Of a DNA stretch of 64,000 nt, positions 1 through 8,886 are shown piece by piece (position 1 is the first letter of the stretch; every line of letters starts with the position of its first letter). The DNA is taken from the NCBI GenBank assembly GCA_018696595.1, contig JABHQW010000008.1, forward strand, positions 268,522 through 332,521, written 5' to 3'. The position numbers and the translations under genes are program-made. The DNA is from Candidatus Woesearchaeota archaeon (GTDB lineage Archaea > Nanobdellota > Nanobdellia > Woesearchaeales > GW2011-AR9). Below the pieces are notes generated by a model. The model made no database searches. It was not told the DNA's origin and saw nothing but the letters and a program-made list of their open reading frames with translations.

Positions 1-701
1 TTTAATAACATTCTGGCTGCTACTTCTAAATTGGCTTTTCCGCCACTAGATAATTTTTTAAACTTAAAGGCAATCTGTTCAAGAATCTCTTCTGGATCTT
101 CACTATTAATATTATAATGGGCAGTAATTTTTTCTGTCTCATCCTCAATTAATCTTAAGGCAGTAGTTTCTATATCTTTAATCTTACCATAACTTAATGC
201 ACCGGTTTTTGCGTGTTTAGCGGGATCCTTCTCTCTTTTTGGTAATACTCCAGGAGTGTCCAAGACCATGATCTTTGGATCCACCCTGATTTTCTGAAAC
301 CCTTTAGTAAATCCAGATTCAGATGATGTTTTGGCAGAACCTTTTCCTGACAAAGCATTAATTAAGGAACTTTTACCAACGTTTGGATAACCTAAGATAC
401 CTACAACGGTGGGATTTCCTTTAGATAGTTCCATGATTTTCTTTTTTAGAATAGTAGTTCCCAACTTATCTCTGCTAGAAATGAATACACTTGGTTTTAA
501 ACTATGTTTTATCGTTTTTAGCTTCTCTTTACTTGCTAAATCACATTTATTGAAAACGTAAAGCAAGATCTTTTCTTCCTTTTTAACTTTATCTTCTACT
601 TCAAAGTTTCTGGTTTCTTCAACCATTCTAGCATCAAGTACTTCGATAATAATATCTGCTTCCTTGATTACTTTGTTTACATGTTTCCAAAATGATGGCA
701 T
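1..701 (-). CDS. Circularly permuted GTPase (YlqF/RbgA/Nug1-like ribosome-biogenesis GTPase). The C-terminus runs off the window start.
   Basis: Reverse-strand translation starts MPSFWKHVNKVIKEADIII. G4 motif FNKCDL precedes G1 GYPNVGKSSLINAL and G3 DTPGVL, which is the circularly permuted order. Confidence 0.75.
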   Translation of the reverse strand, partial: MPSFWKHVNKVIKEADIIIEVLDARMVEETRNFEVEDKVKKEEKILLYVFNKCDLASKEKLKTIKHSLKPSVFISSRDKLGTTILKKKIMELSKGNPTVVGILGYPNVGKSSLINALSGKGSAKTSSESGFTKGFQKIRVDPKIMVLDTPGVLPKREKDPAKHAKTGALSYGKIKDIETTALRLIEDETEKITAHYNINSEDPEEILEQIAFKFKKLSSGGKANLEVAARMLL

Positions 702-763
702 AAAGACCTTTTCTTTTATTAGTATATAAAAGTTTATATTAGATAACGATTTATTTATTATTT

Positions 764-1879
764 ATGGCCCTTTTTAAGTGGATATTTCACAAGCATATCA
801 ACATTGATGAACTTAAAGGTGAAGTGAAAAAGTTATATTCATTTTTTCAAGAGTATATACTTCTCTTTAATCAAAAGGGAAAAACTTTTTCTGGGATTTT
901 CCACGGAGGTTTAAATACATTAAAATTACTTTTACCTCAAATAGAAAAATCAACTAGACGTTTACTTAATGTTTTGAAGAAAGAAAATCAACTAATTGCT
1001 TTGCTTAAAGATAGAAATGTTCTTACTAATAGAGAAACTGATGAAGTTTTAGAGATTAAAGAAAAAATTAATGCTCTTAAAGATATCCTTCAAGAACAAT
1101 TAGAAATTATGAGTGAAATAAAAGAGAAGATCAATAGAATAAAATGGACTTTTGAAGAACAGGTTAAAATTAGTCCTACCATAGATAAGCTAAAAAAATT
1201 ATTCGATCAAGAACATAAAATACTCTTTTCAGAAGAAGAATTTCTTGAGAGATTGGTTTCTGATATTGTTAAAGATAAAGAGTTCCCCTTCTTGAACCGA
1301 GTTTCTTCTCCTGCAACAGAAGCTGCAATTTTAGCAGACAAGTATTTCTCTTTAATGCTTATGCGGGGAATAAGCGGGGGATATGTGAAATCAATTCCAA
1401 AAGCAATTGCTGAGGAAAAGAAAGGAGTAGCATACTACCCTGGATCTTTTGATGACCCAATCATTATTTTTTGTTTCCCAAACATTAAGTACTATGTTTT
1501 ACAAGATCCTCACAGAAGTGGAAGACAACTAAAAACAAATCTGGAACTATTACAAAGGTTTAATATTCTTCACAATTTAAAAAGAAAAGGAAGAAATTCT
1601 TACACTTTTCTTTTCAATGGCAAACAGAAGCATTTAGTTGCTTATTATGGTGTGAAAGGTGATAGTTCTAAATTTATCCCTCCAGAAATAAGAAGAGGGG
1701 TTAAAGTTTTAATGGCAAAAGCATTTACTGTGGGGCTAGAAACAAAGAAAAGAGTTTTTGATAAAATCTCTCCTTATTTGTTACCTGGATCATTTATCCA
1801 TGAAAGGATTGTTAATGAAGATATTCTTAGGCAAAAAGGATTTAAAAAACTAACAGAAATGTGGTGGATAAAGGAATAA
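764..1879 (+). CDS. Hypothetical protein, 371 aa, with a coiled-coil N-terminal half
   Basis: Long ORF with non-low-complexity sequence. I recognise no family. Confidence 0.45.
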   Translation: MALFKWIFHKHINIDELKGEVKKLYSFFQEYILLFNQKGKTFSGIFHGGLNTLKLLLPQIEKSTRRLLNVLKKENQLIALLKDRNVLTNRETDEVLEIKEKINALKDILQEQLEIMSEIKEKINRIKWTFEEQVKISPTIDKLKKLFDQEHKILFSEEEFLERLVSDIVKDKEFPFLNRVSSPATEAAILADKYFSLMLMRGISGGYVKSIPKAIAEEKKGVAYYPGSFDDPIIIFCFPNIKYYVLQDPHRSGRQLKTNLELLQRFNILHNLKRKGRNSYTFLFNGKQKHLVAYYGVKGDSSKFIPPEIRRGVKVLMAKAFTVGLETKKRVFDKISPYLLPGSFIHERIVNEDILRQKGFKKLTEMWWIKE

Positions 1880-1922
1880 TAGTTACGAAATTATTTTATA
1901 CCAGTTAATTCATCGATTCATA

Positions 1923-2219
1923 ATGGCTTTCAGCAAAACATTTCCAAAAACTGTACCTGGGACTAATTATCCGATTTGGGAAGAAGTTTTTCTTACGGAA
2001 GAAGAAGAAAGGCAAGTTGAAGAAACTTGCAGGAAGAGTAACTTTCAGATAATGGATGTTAGTTTACAAGAAGCGAAGATTTTGGCAATCAAACATGGAA
2101 TGAATGAAGATCATAATCTTGTTCAGATTGCCAGGTCATTATTTGAGAAGAAAGCGTCCCATGTTATTTTCTGGAAAGAATCTAAAGCAAAAGAGAAGTT
2201 TGACCAAAAGAATAAATAA
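1923..2219 (+). CDS. Hypothetical small protein, 98 aa
   Basis: ORF only. Same strand as the upstream gene, 43 nt downstream of it. Confidence 0.35.
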   Translation: MAFSKTFPKTVPGTNYPIWEEVFLTEEEERQVEETCRKSNFQIMDVSLQEAKILAIKHGMNEDHNLVQIARSLFEKKASHVIFWKESKAKEKFDQKNK

Positions 2220-2244
2220 GAAATAAAAAATAAGAAAAAAAGAA

Positions 2245-2895
2245 TTACCGTTTTCTTTTCTTTACTGGCCTTTTCTTAGCAGTTTTCCTTCTTGCTATTT
2301 TCTTTTTAGCTGGTTTTCTTTTAACTGTCTTTTTTTTAGTTGCTTTCTTCTTAACCACTCTTTTTTTCACTGCTTTCTTTTTTACTGTCTTTTTCTTTAC
2401 GGTTTTTTTCTTAGCAACCTTTTTAACCTTAACTTTTACACTTTTGACTGTCTTTACTTTTCTTCCTAAATGTTTTAACAAAAAGTTTTCAAATCTTACA
2501 ATCTCTTGTTTAGTGTTAAAAAATAACGGATGTTTATCTCCCAAGTGAGTTAAGACATATCCACCTAAAAAGAACTTATCTAATTTATGATGTTTAATCT
2601 CATTAAGGGGGATTTTAACTTTTTTTATTTTGTTTTTAGTTGCCCGAGTAATCTCCAAATGTGTTGATGAAAGAGTATATTTCTCTTTTACTTGACGAGA
2701 TTTCTGGATCAGGGCTGAGATCAAAACATAAACTCCTAAAAACAGAACTGTAAAAATTACTGCTAAATACCATCTTTCATAACGTAAGAAAGTCATAAAG
2801 AACACTAATACTGCTAAGAACGCTATTAAAATAGTTTCTATCTTAAGCAAGAATACTTTTTTTACTGGAAAATTCCAAGTTAAATTATTTGTCAT
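2245..2895 (-). CDS. Membrane protein with two TM helices plus a bacterial-PH-like (YdbS/YdbT bPH_2-like) domain, followed by a histone-H1-like lysine-rich C-terminal tail
   Basis: N-terminal TM pair LLKIETILIAFLAVLVFF and WYLAVIFTVLFLGVYVLI, then an approximately 80-aa domain, then a (KKxVKKK)n tail. Confidence 0.45.
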   Translation of the reverse strand: MTNNLTWNFPVKKVFLLKIETILIAFLAVLVFFMTFLRYERWYLAVIFTVLFLGVYVLISALIQKSRQVKEKYTLSSTHLEITRATKNKIKKVKIPLNEIKHHKLDKFFLGGYVLTHLGDKHPLFFNTKQEIVRFENFLLKHLGRKVKTVKSVKVKVKKVAKKKTVKKKTVKKKAVKKRVVKKKATKKKTVKRKPAKKKIARRKTAKKRPVKKRKR

Positions 2896-2936
2896 TTTTA
2901 ATACCTCTTTTTTGATTTATAATTGTTTAATATTTA

Positions 2937-3158
2937 TTAATATTTCTCATTAATTTCTGGTGCTTTAGTCATACTAACAAGTGCTGCAATAAACATTAAT
3001 GCGAATATAAACATAAATGTAACTCCAAAATTGAATGTTTTTGGATAAACATAGTACGCTGAAATGAAAAATCCCAACATTGCACTAGCCATAAAACTAC
3101 CTTTTAACGGAACTGCGTGCCATTTCCTTGGAGCTCTTTTAGATTTTCTTTTAGCCAT
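2937..3158 (-). CDS. Small membrane protein with a basic N-terminus (MAKRKSKRAPRK)
   Basis: Internal ATG is preceded by the SD-like GAGGTGG. Hydrophobic C-terminal segments. Start chosen at MAKRK rather than the ORF-track start. Confidence 0.4.
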   Translation of the reverse strand: MAKRKSKRAPRKWHAVPLKGSFMASAMLGFFISAYYVYPKTFNFGVTFMFIFALMFIAALVSMTKAPEINEKY

Positions 3159-3196
3159 TACGACCACCTCTTTTTTATATTTAATAGTAAACAAAT

Positions 3197-4318
3197 TCAA
3201 TTTAAAAACTTATCTACTAACTTCTCTGCTTTTTTACGTTTCTGTTGATGTTCTTTTAGGAACTTAGTAAGCTTGTCAATCACAATTTGTTTTAGTTCTC
3301 CACTCAGTAATTTTCCAGACTTATAATCATCATAAATCTTTTTTAACTTTTTATCATTTGGTTCTAAGCCATACTTTAACATCTGAAATGGAATATCAAC
3401 CTCTGGGTTGCCTCCTTTCTTACGATGTTCTTCTAAAGTTGGTTGTCCACCAGAAAAGGCATACTTTTTAATTTTTCTTGCTGCTTCTTCAGGAGTATCA
3501 GTTAAAGCGATGTAAGATAATGGATCTGAGGAAGACATTTTACCACTTTTTAATCCTGGTAAGAATTTGTGATAAGTTGAACTTAATTGTTTAAACCTAA
3601 ATGCTTTTATTCTTTGAGAAACGTCTCTAGCTAACCTTAAATGCGGGTCTTGATCGGATCCAACGGGAACAATAATTGGAATTGGTTTACCTTCAAATTC
3701 TTTTAGTTGTGGGTGCAACATATCTGCTGCTTGTAATAATGAAGAGCTCATCTTCCCCGGACTGATTTCTCCATAAATCGCTTTGAACTCATTAAAGGTT
3801 GCATGTCTTGCTAACATATTAGCTAGGCTGTAATAAGCATTAGCTTGTTTTCCATTCTTTGATCTTGCTGATTGAAAATAGAAATCACAATTTTTTAATT
3901 TTAATCCCAGGGCAACATAATTTGTTAGATATTCTTTTATTGCAGTTTCTCGCAATTCTTTCATGTTGGGATTTCTAGAATTATATGCTTCAATATCAGC
4001 AACAGCAATGTAAACTTTTGCACCTAAAGATTGATAGAAAATAATTTGATCAGCAACTAATTTATGGCCAAAATGGAATTTGCCGGACGGCATAAGACCA
4101 GTCATCATTACAAAAGTTTTCTTTTTTTGCACTGCTTCTACTATCTGTTTAAAGTCTCGATGAGCAAAAATGATCTCTCTTCTAAATAAAACATTTTTCT
4201 GAAATGTTTCTGGAAGATGTTGTAACGGTTTTAAGCCGAACTGCTTAATTAATTTATCATAATCAATTTTTCCTTTAACTTCCCAGGGTGTTACTTTTTG
4301 TGTTATTTTTTCTGCCAT
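3197..4318 (-). CDS. trpS: Tryptophan--tRNA ligase (archaeal/eukaryotic-type class I aaRS)
   Basis: N-terminal VTPWEVKGKIDYDKLIKQFG. HIGH-type motif FHFGH. KMSSS motif present twice. Confidence 0.8.
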   Translation of the reverse strand: MAEKITQKVTPWEVKGKIDYDKLIKQFGLKPLQHLPETFQKNVLFRREIIFAHRDFKQIVEAVQKKKTFVMMTGLMPSGKFHFGHKLVADQIIFYQSLGAKVYIAVADIEAYNSRNPNMKELRETAIKEYLTNYVALGLKLKNCDFYFQSARSKNGKQANAYYSLANMLARHATFNEFKAIYGEISPGKMSSSLLQAADMLHPQLKEFEGKPIPIIVPVGSDQDPHLRLARDVSQRIKAFRFKQLSSTYHKFLPGLKSGKMSSSDPLSYIALTDTPEEAARKIKKYAFSGGQPTLEEHRKKGGNPEVDIPFQMLKYGLEPNDKKLKKIYDDYKSGKLLSGELKQIVIDKLTKFLKEHQQKRKKAEKLVDKFLN

Positions 4319-4391
4319 TTTGTTTGTTCTTTAGTTTGTTCTTTATTCATTATTGTTTTATTGTTTATAAGTTTTTAGTCATTCTTTTTCT

Positions 4392-4973
4392 TTATCTGCC
4401 AAAACTTGCTAAATAAGCCTCAAATTTAATAATTTTCTTTGTTGTAGATAATTTGCCCCAAATCAAAGCAAAAATAGTTGAAGAAACTATACTGGTCGAA
4501 AATGTTAATATCAATAAGTTGATTAGTTCTGATGAGAAAACTAATAATACTGTTTGTGATAATAACATTGCAGAAACTAAAAACATGCTTGTAAAACTTA
4601 TTGTTGTCCCAATAATAATATCTAAATGTAATGAAGACAATTCTATCTTAAATATCAAATGAATTACTTCAAAGATTATTATTGCAATCACATAGGTAAT
4701 CACTTTATTCCAATTAAATAATCCCAATTCCGCTAAATTGAAAGTAAACATAGCAACAAAGAACATGAATATTGTCGCAATACCGAAACGTTTCAACATA
4801 TCAACACAAATGTTCATCCCAGCAACTAAAAAAAATAAAGAAATAATAAGCAAAGGAGTGGGTGGCAAATAATAATCTGCTAAATAAAAAAATAATGAAG
4901 TAATAGCAGCTACAAATAGTGTAAAAAACAGTTGCTTTATTTTTATCCCTTGGATAAGTTCTATAGCAAACAT
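4392..4973 (-). CDS. Polytopic membrane protein, 193 aa, hypothetical
   Basis: Five or more hydrophobic helices. No recognisable motifs. Confidence 0.45.
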   Translation of the reverse strand: MFAIELIQGIKIKQLFFTLFVAAITSLFFYLADYYLPPTPLLIISLFFLVAGMNICVDMLKRFGIATIFMFFVAMFTFNLAELGLFNWNKVITYVIAIIIFEVIHLIFKIELSSLHLDIIIGTTISFTSMFLVSAMLLSQTVLLVFSSELINLLILTFSTSIVSSTIFALIWGKLSTTKKIIKFEAYLASFGR

Positions 4974-5033
4974 TCTATTTTCCTCTTACTTAATGTTTCT
5001 TTTAAAATCATTTCATTTCACTTTTATTCCATC

Positions 5034-5495
5034 TTATTTTTTAGATTTTTTTTGTTTCTTTCTAGCTTTATTCTTTTTATTTTTACTCCGTTTAGTATTA
5101 TTTTTGATTTTACTTTCCGTTTTAATTTTACTTTTATTGTCTCTCTTTTTACTTAGAATCTTTTTCTCATTGGGGGTAGTATTTTTTTTCTTGAACGGTT
5201 TTGTAATTAATCCCAAATAAGAAAAACTTTTTCTTTCTAATCTCGCTTTTATAATTGGTTGAGAATGTTTAATCTCTGCAATACGTTCTTCATATTTAAC
5301 AACCCGGTCATGATATGTATCAGTATTTATTTTATGTTGAACAAAACATTCTTTTTGTAAAGATTTGATAAGTTCAAGAGTCTTTTTTAGGTCTAATTTT
5401 AATCCTTCAAGTTTTTTCTTAAGATAAATTTTCCGAGACCATGAAAAGATTATTGGTAAGACTCCAGAACAATTATTTTCTAAAAAAGATGCCAC
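5034..5495 (-). CDS. Hypothetical protein with a lysine-rich C-terminal tail
   Basis: ORF. The N-terminal 80 aa are not low complexity. The K-rich tail mirrors F/L-rich ORFs on the opposite strand. Confidence 0.3.
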   Translation of the reverse strand: MASFLENNCSGVLPIIFSWSRKIYLKKKLEGLKLDLKKTLELIKSLQKECFVQHKINTDTYHDRVVKYEERIAEIKHSQPIIKARLERKSFSYLGLITKPFKKKNTTPNEKKILSKKRDNKSKIKTESKIKNNTKRSKNKKNKARKKQKKSKK

Positions 5496-5583
5496 CCTTA
5501 TTAAGAAAATTGATAATCTTTGTTTTAATGGGAAAACTGTCTCTGAGACTTATCTAACCACCATCGGCGGAAAAGAATGTTAT

Positions 5584-7260
5584 TTGCACACTTCTCAAAG
5601 TTCAATTTATGAAAACGGAAAGGTTAACGGGATTCTCGGTATTGTTCGTGACGTTACGGAAAGAAAGAAAGCAGAAGAAAAATTAAAAGAATCTGAAGAA
5701 AAGTATAGGAAATTGTTTGAATCTGCTCAAGATGGCATTTTAATCATTAATACTGAAACTGGAAGAATAACAGATGCAAACCCTTTCATTGAGAAACTTC
5801 TTGGATATAATAAAAATGAATTTGTTGGAAAACAAATATTTGAAATAAGTCCATTTAAAGATATTGTTCCTAATAAAAATAAGTTTAAAGAGTTACAAAG
5901 AAAGAAGTACGTTAGATATAGTCATTTACCTTTGGAAACAAAAAAAGGAAAAAAGATTTCTGTTGAATTTATCTCTAATGTCTACCCCATTGATCACTCC
6001 CTGGTTATTCAAGCAAATATTAGGGACATAACAGAACAAAAGAAAGCAGAAGAAAAGTTGAAACAATATCAAAATACTTTAGAAAATACTATCAAAAAGC
6101 GAACTCAAGAATTATCAAACAAATTAATTGAATTAAAAGTTAGCCAAAAGAAATATCAAACTTTGTTTATTTCTTCTCAAGATGCGTTGATGACTCTTGC
6201 TCCTCCAACTTGGAAATTTACTGCTGGAAATCCTGCTACTGTAAAGATGTTTAATTGTAAAGATGAAAAACAGTTTATTTCTCTTGGACCTTGGCAAGTT
6301 TCACCAAAGAAACAGCCAGACGGCCAGTTATCTTCTGTAAAAGCAAAGAAGATGATTGAAAAGGCAATGAAAGAAGGTTCAAACTTCTTTGAATGGACTC
6401 ATAAACGTTACAAAGGAGAAGATTTTCCAGTAACTGTACTTTTGAATCGAATTCTTATTAATGGAGACACTTTCTTGCAAGCTACAGTGAGAGATATCAC
6501 CGAACAAAAATTAAATGAATCTCAAATTCAAGAACAGATTGAAGAACTTAAAGAATTAGATCAATTAAAAACTCAATTCCTTTCGTTTGTTTCTCACGAA
6601 TTAAGAACTCCTTTAACTCCGATTCGTTCACAATTACAAAGGTTGTTAGGGAAAAAATGTAAACCTCAAGAGCAACAAGGATCTTTGCAAATGATTTTAA
6701 GAAATACCGTTCGTTTAGACAAATTGATTAATGATGTTTTAGAAATATCTCGATTAGAATCAAAACGAATGCAAATATTCAAAAGATCTGTTAATCTTAA
6801 AAATTTAATTAAAAACACTATCACTACTATGCAACCTTTAGCTGAAGATAAAAATGTAAAGATTTCTACTTTGTTCAAAAGAGTTCCTCCAACAATTTCC
6901 CTTGATGAAGATAGGATTAAACAGGTTTTAATCAATTTGATTGATAATGCTATTAAACATAGTAAAACAAAAGAAATAGCCATTTCTGCTAAAAGAACTA
7001 ATCATCATGTAACTATTTGTGTAGAAGATCAAGGTAAAGGCATTTCAGAAAAAGAAAGAAAACATCTTTTTGAATTGTTTTATGTAGGAAAAGAATCAAA
7101 GTATCTAACTAAAGGCGCTGGTTTAGGATTACCAATTTCTAAAGGGATTGTTAATTTACACGGCGGTAAAATTTGGATTAAAACTAAAATTAAGAAAGGA
7201 ACAACTTTTTGTTTTACATTACCTATTAAAAATAGTGGACAAACAAACAAACAAAAATAA
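5584..7260 (+). CDS. PAS/PAC sensor histidine kinase (3 PAS, HisKA, HATPase_c). Probably 5'-truncated: a TTG start inside a PAS domain, with an in-frame PAS remnant from 5461.
   Basis: Repeated DITEQKKAEEKL PAS junctions. H-box FVSHELRTPLTPI. N-box LIDNAIKHS. G-box GAGLGLPISKGIV. Confidence 0.8.
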   Translation: MHTSQSSIYENGKVNGILGIVRDVTERKKAEEKLKESEEKYRKLFESAQDGILIINTETGRITDANPFIEKLLGYNKNEFVGKQIFEISPFKDIVPNKNKFKELQRKKYVRYSHLPLETKKGKKISVEFISNVYPIDHSLVIQANIRDITEQKKAEEKLKQYQNTLENTIKKRTQELSNKLIELKVSQKKYQTLFISSQDALMTLAPPTWKFTAGNPATVKMFNCKDEKQFISLGPWQVSPKKQPDGQLSSVKAKKMIEKAMKEGSNFFEWTHKRYKGEDFPVTVLLNRILINGDTFLQATVRDITEQKLNESQIQEQIEELKELDQLKTQFLSFVSHELRTPLTPIRSQLQRLLGKKCKPQEQQGSLQMILRNTVRLDKLINDVLEISRLESKRMQIFKRSVNLKNLIKNTITTMQPLAEDKNVKISTLFKRVPPTISLDEDRIKQVLINLIDNAIKHSKTKEIAISAKRTNHHVTICVEDQGKGISEKERKHLFELFYVGKESKYLTKGAGLGLPISKGIVNLHGGKIWIKTKIKKGTTFCFTLPIKNSGQTNKQK

Positions 7261-7299
7261 TATAAATGGCGAAGTATTTACAAGCTAAAAGAGGTTAAA

Positions 7300-7674
7300 A
7301 TGAAAAAAGAATATTTAATCATGTCTGTAGATGATGAGAATGATATCAGAGATTCTATTAAATCCGTTCTTGAAGATGAAGGTTTTAAAGTTGAAACTGC
7401 TAAAGATGGCGCTAGTATGCTTAAAAAGCTAGAAAAAATTAAACCAGACTTAATTCTTTTAGACATTTTAATGCCTGGTTTAACAACTCGAGAAATCATT
7501 ACTGAAGTAAAAAAAAGAAAAATAAAAACTCCTGTTATCTTTTTAACAGTAGTTAGATTAGCAGAAGCTACTAAAAAGCATGTTATTAAGGGTAATATGG
7601 TTGATTACATTGAGAAACCATTTGATAATAAAGATTTGATTAAAAGAGTTAAAAGAGCTCTGAAAACAAAATGA
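7300..7674 (+). CDS. Single-domain response regulator (CheY-like receiver)
   Basis: MSVDDENDIRD with acidic pocket. Phospho-acceptor context LILLDILMPG. Conserved K in IEKPFD. Confidence 0.85.
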   Translation: MKKEYLIMSVDDENDIRDSIKSVLEDEGFKVETAKDGASMLKKLEKIKPDLILLDILMPGLTTREIITEVKKRKIKTPVIFLTVVRLAEATKKHVIKGNMVDYIEKPFDNKDLIKRVKRALKTK

Positions 7675-8201
7675 AGACTACTTTAAAGAAAGAATTAGCT
7701 AAGAATAGCATCATTTTATTGGTAGTGCCAAACAAAGATTATAATAAAATTATTCTGCGAGAAGTTAAGAAACTTAAAGGCAAGAATATTTGTTATGTAA
7801 CCACAAATAAAGGTCATAGTGCTTTAGTAAACGATTTTGAAAAAAATAAGATTGATACCAAGAAATTCTTTTTTATTGATTGTGTAACTTCCACAATTCT
7901 TAAACCAAAAATAACTCCTCCGAATTGTGCTTTAGTATCTTCTCCTCGAGCTTTAACAGAATTAAGTTTGGCTATCAATAAGTTTGTAGATATTCATTTC
8001 CCATTAATCTTTATTGATTCTTTGTCTACTCTTTTAGTTTATCATAGTCCAAAAGTGTTGACTAATTTTGTTCATAGTTTAAGTACTAAAGTTAGAGAAA
8101 CTGGTCATGTGGTTCTAGTGATGACTATTGCCGATAAAGATAAGAAAACAGAATTATATAAAAAGCTACAAGTTTTAGCTGATAAAGTTATCAAAGTATA
8201 A
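7671..8201 (+). CDS. KaiC/RecA-fold protein lacking Walker A (DUF835-like). Start overlaps the receiver gene by 4 nt.
   Basis: Strand/helix pattern IILLVVP...ICYVTT...FFFIDCVTS...LIFIDSLSTLL...HVVLVMT resembles the KaiC/RadA core. No GxxxxGK[ST]. ATGA overlap with the receiver gene. Confidence 0.45.
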   Translation: MKTTLKKELAKNSIILLVVPNKDYNKIILREVKKLKGKNICYVTTNKGHSALVNDFEKNKIDTKKFFFIDCVTSTILKPKITPPNCALVSSPRALTELSLAINKFVDIHFPLIFIDSLSTLLVYHSPKVLTNFVHSLSTKVRETGHVVLVMTIADKDKKTELYKKLQVLADKVIKV

Positions 8202-8328
8202 TTATTTATTTCTTATTTTTGAAGATAATCAGAATTACCTTATTCTCAATAAATTTAAGTTTTTAACCAAAAACTTTATATATCTAAGATGCACACCATA
8301 TGCACAGGGGGTACACCCGGAGGTCAAA

Positions 8329-8583
8329 ATGGTTTATGCAAGAATAACTTTGAATGATTATGCAAATAAAGTACTTAATGTAGTTAAAGCTAAATTTAGC
8401 CTTAATGATAAGTCTGAAGCAATTAATAAATTTGTTGAAATGTATGGTGAAGAAGTAGTGGAGAAAGAAGCTAATGATGAATATGTCAAGAAAGTAATTA
8501 AAATGACTGATGAGCATATCAAAAAATATGGTTACCGAAAAATGAATCTAAAAGAATTAGATAAAATTAGTGGTTTAAATTAA
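8329..8583 (+). CDS. Putative antitoxin of a type II toxin-antitoxin pair
   Basis: 84-aa ORF immediately upstream of a RelE/ParE-like toxin (14-nt gap). Preceded by GGAGGT. Confidence 0.45.
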   Translation: MVYARITLNDYANKVLNVVKAKFSLNDKSEAINKFVEMYGEEVVEKEANDEYVKKVIKMTDEHIKKYGYRKMNLKELDKISGLN

Positions 8584-8596
8584 AGGGGTTTTTTAT

Positions 8597-8869
8597 ATGT
8601 TTGATTTTGATTTGCATGATAAATTAAGTACGATTCTTAGTAAGTTATCTAAAAAGGACAAAAAGAAAGTTGAGATTATCAATAAGAAAATTAAAGAAAT
8701 TATTGCCAATGACCATAAAACAATTGACAGGTATAAAAATCTAAGAACTCCGTTACAACATTTAAAGCGTGTTCATATTGACAAACATTTTGTTTTAACT
8801 TTTAATGTCGATAAAGAAAAAAACTTTATTTTATTCGTGGATTTTGCTCATCATGACACTGTTTATTAA
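8597..8869 (+). CDS. RelE/ParE-family toxin
   Basis: 90 aa. C-terminal HFVLTFNVDKEKNFILFVDFAHHDTVY is typical of RelE/YoeB-fold toxins. Confidence 0.55.
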   Translation: MFDFDLHDKLSTILSKLSKKDKKKVEIINKKIKEIIANDHKTIDRYKNLRTPLQHLKRVHIDKHFVLTFNVDKEKNFILFVDFAHHDTVY

Positions 8870-8886
8870 AGAATTAATTATAATAT

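Noticed and set aside
3064-3267. Plus-strand 67-aa ORF
   Set aside because: It overlaps, antisense, the small membrane protein gene and the 3' end of trpS.
4932-5220. Two plus-strand F/L-rich ORFs (74 and 75 aa)
   Set aside because: They are the antisense mirror (TTT/CTT) of the lysine codons in the K-rich tail of the minus-strand ORF 5034-5495. Pure low complexity. Not called, although which strand is truly coding remains uncertain.
6666-6983. Minus-strand 105-aa ORF inside the histidine kinase
   Set aside because: Antisense to a well-supported CDS, with no motifs. The same reasoning was applied to 13930-14274, 19550-20152, 10141-10983, 39562-39872, 46655-47185, 47703-48038, 55355-56029, 56570-56764, 60532-60795 and 62156-62440.
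8290-8328. GC-rich patch GCACACCATATGCACAGGGGGTACACCCGGAGGT upstream of the antitoxin
   Set aside because: Most simply a promoter/SD region (GGAGGT 6 nt before the ATG). The weak inverted symmetry could be a TA operator, but there is too little to call.
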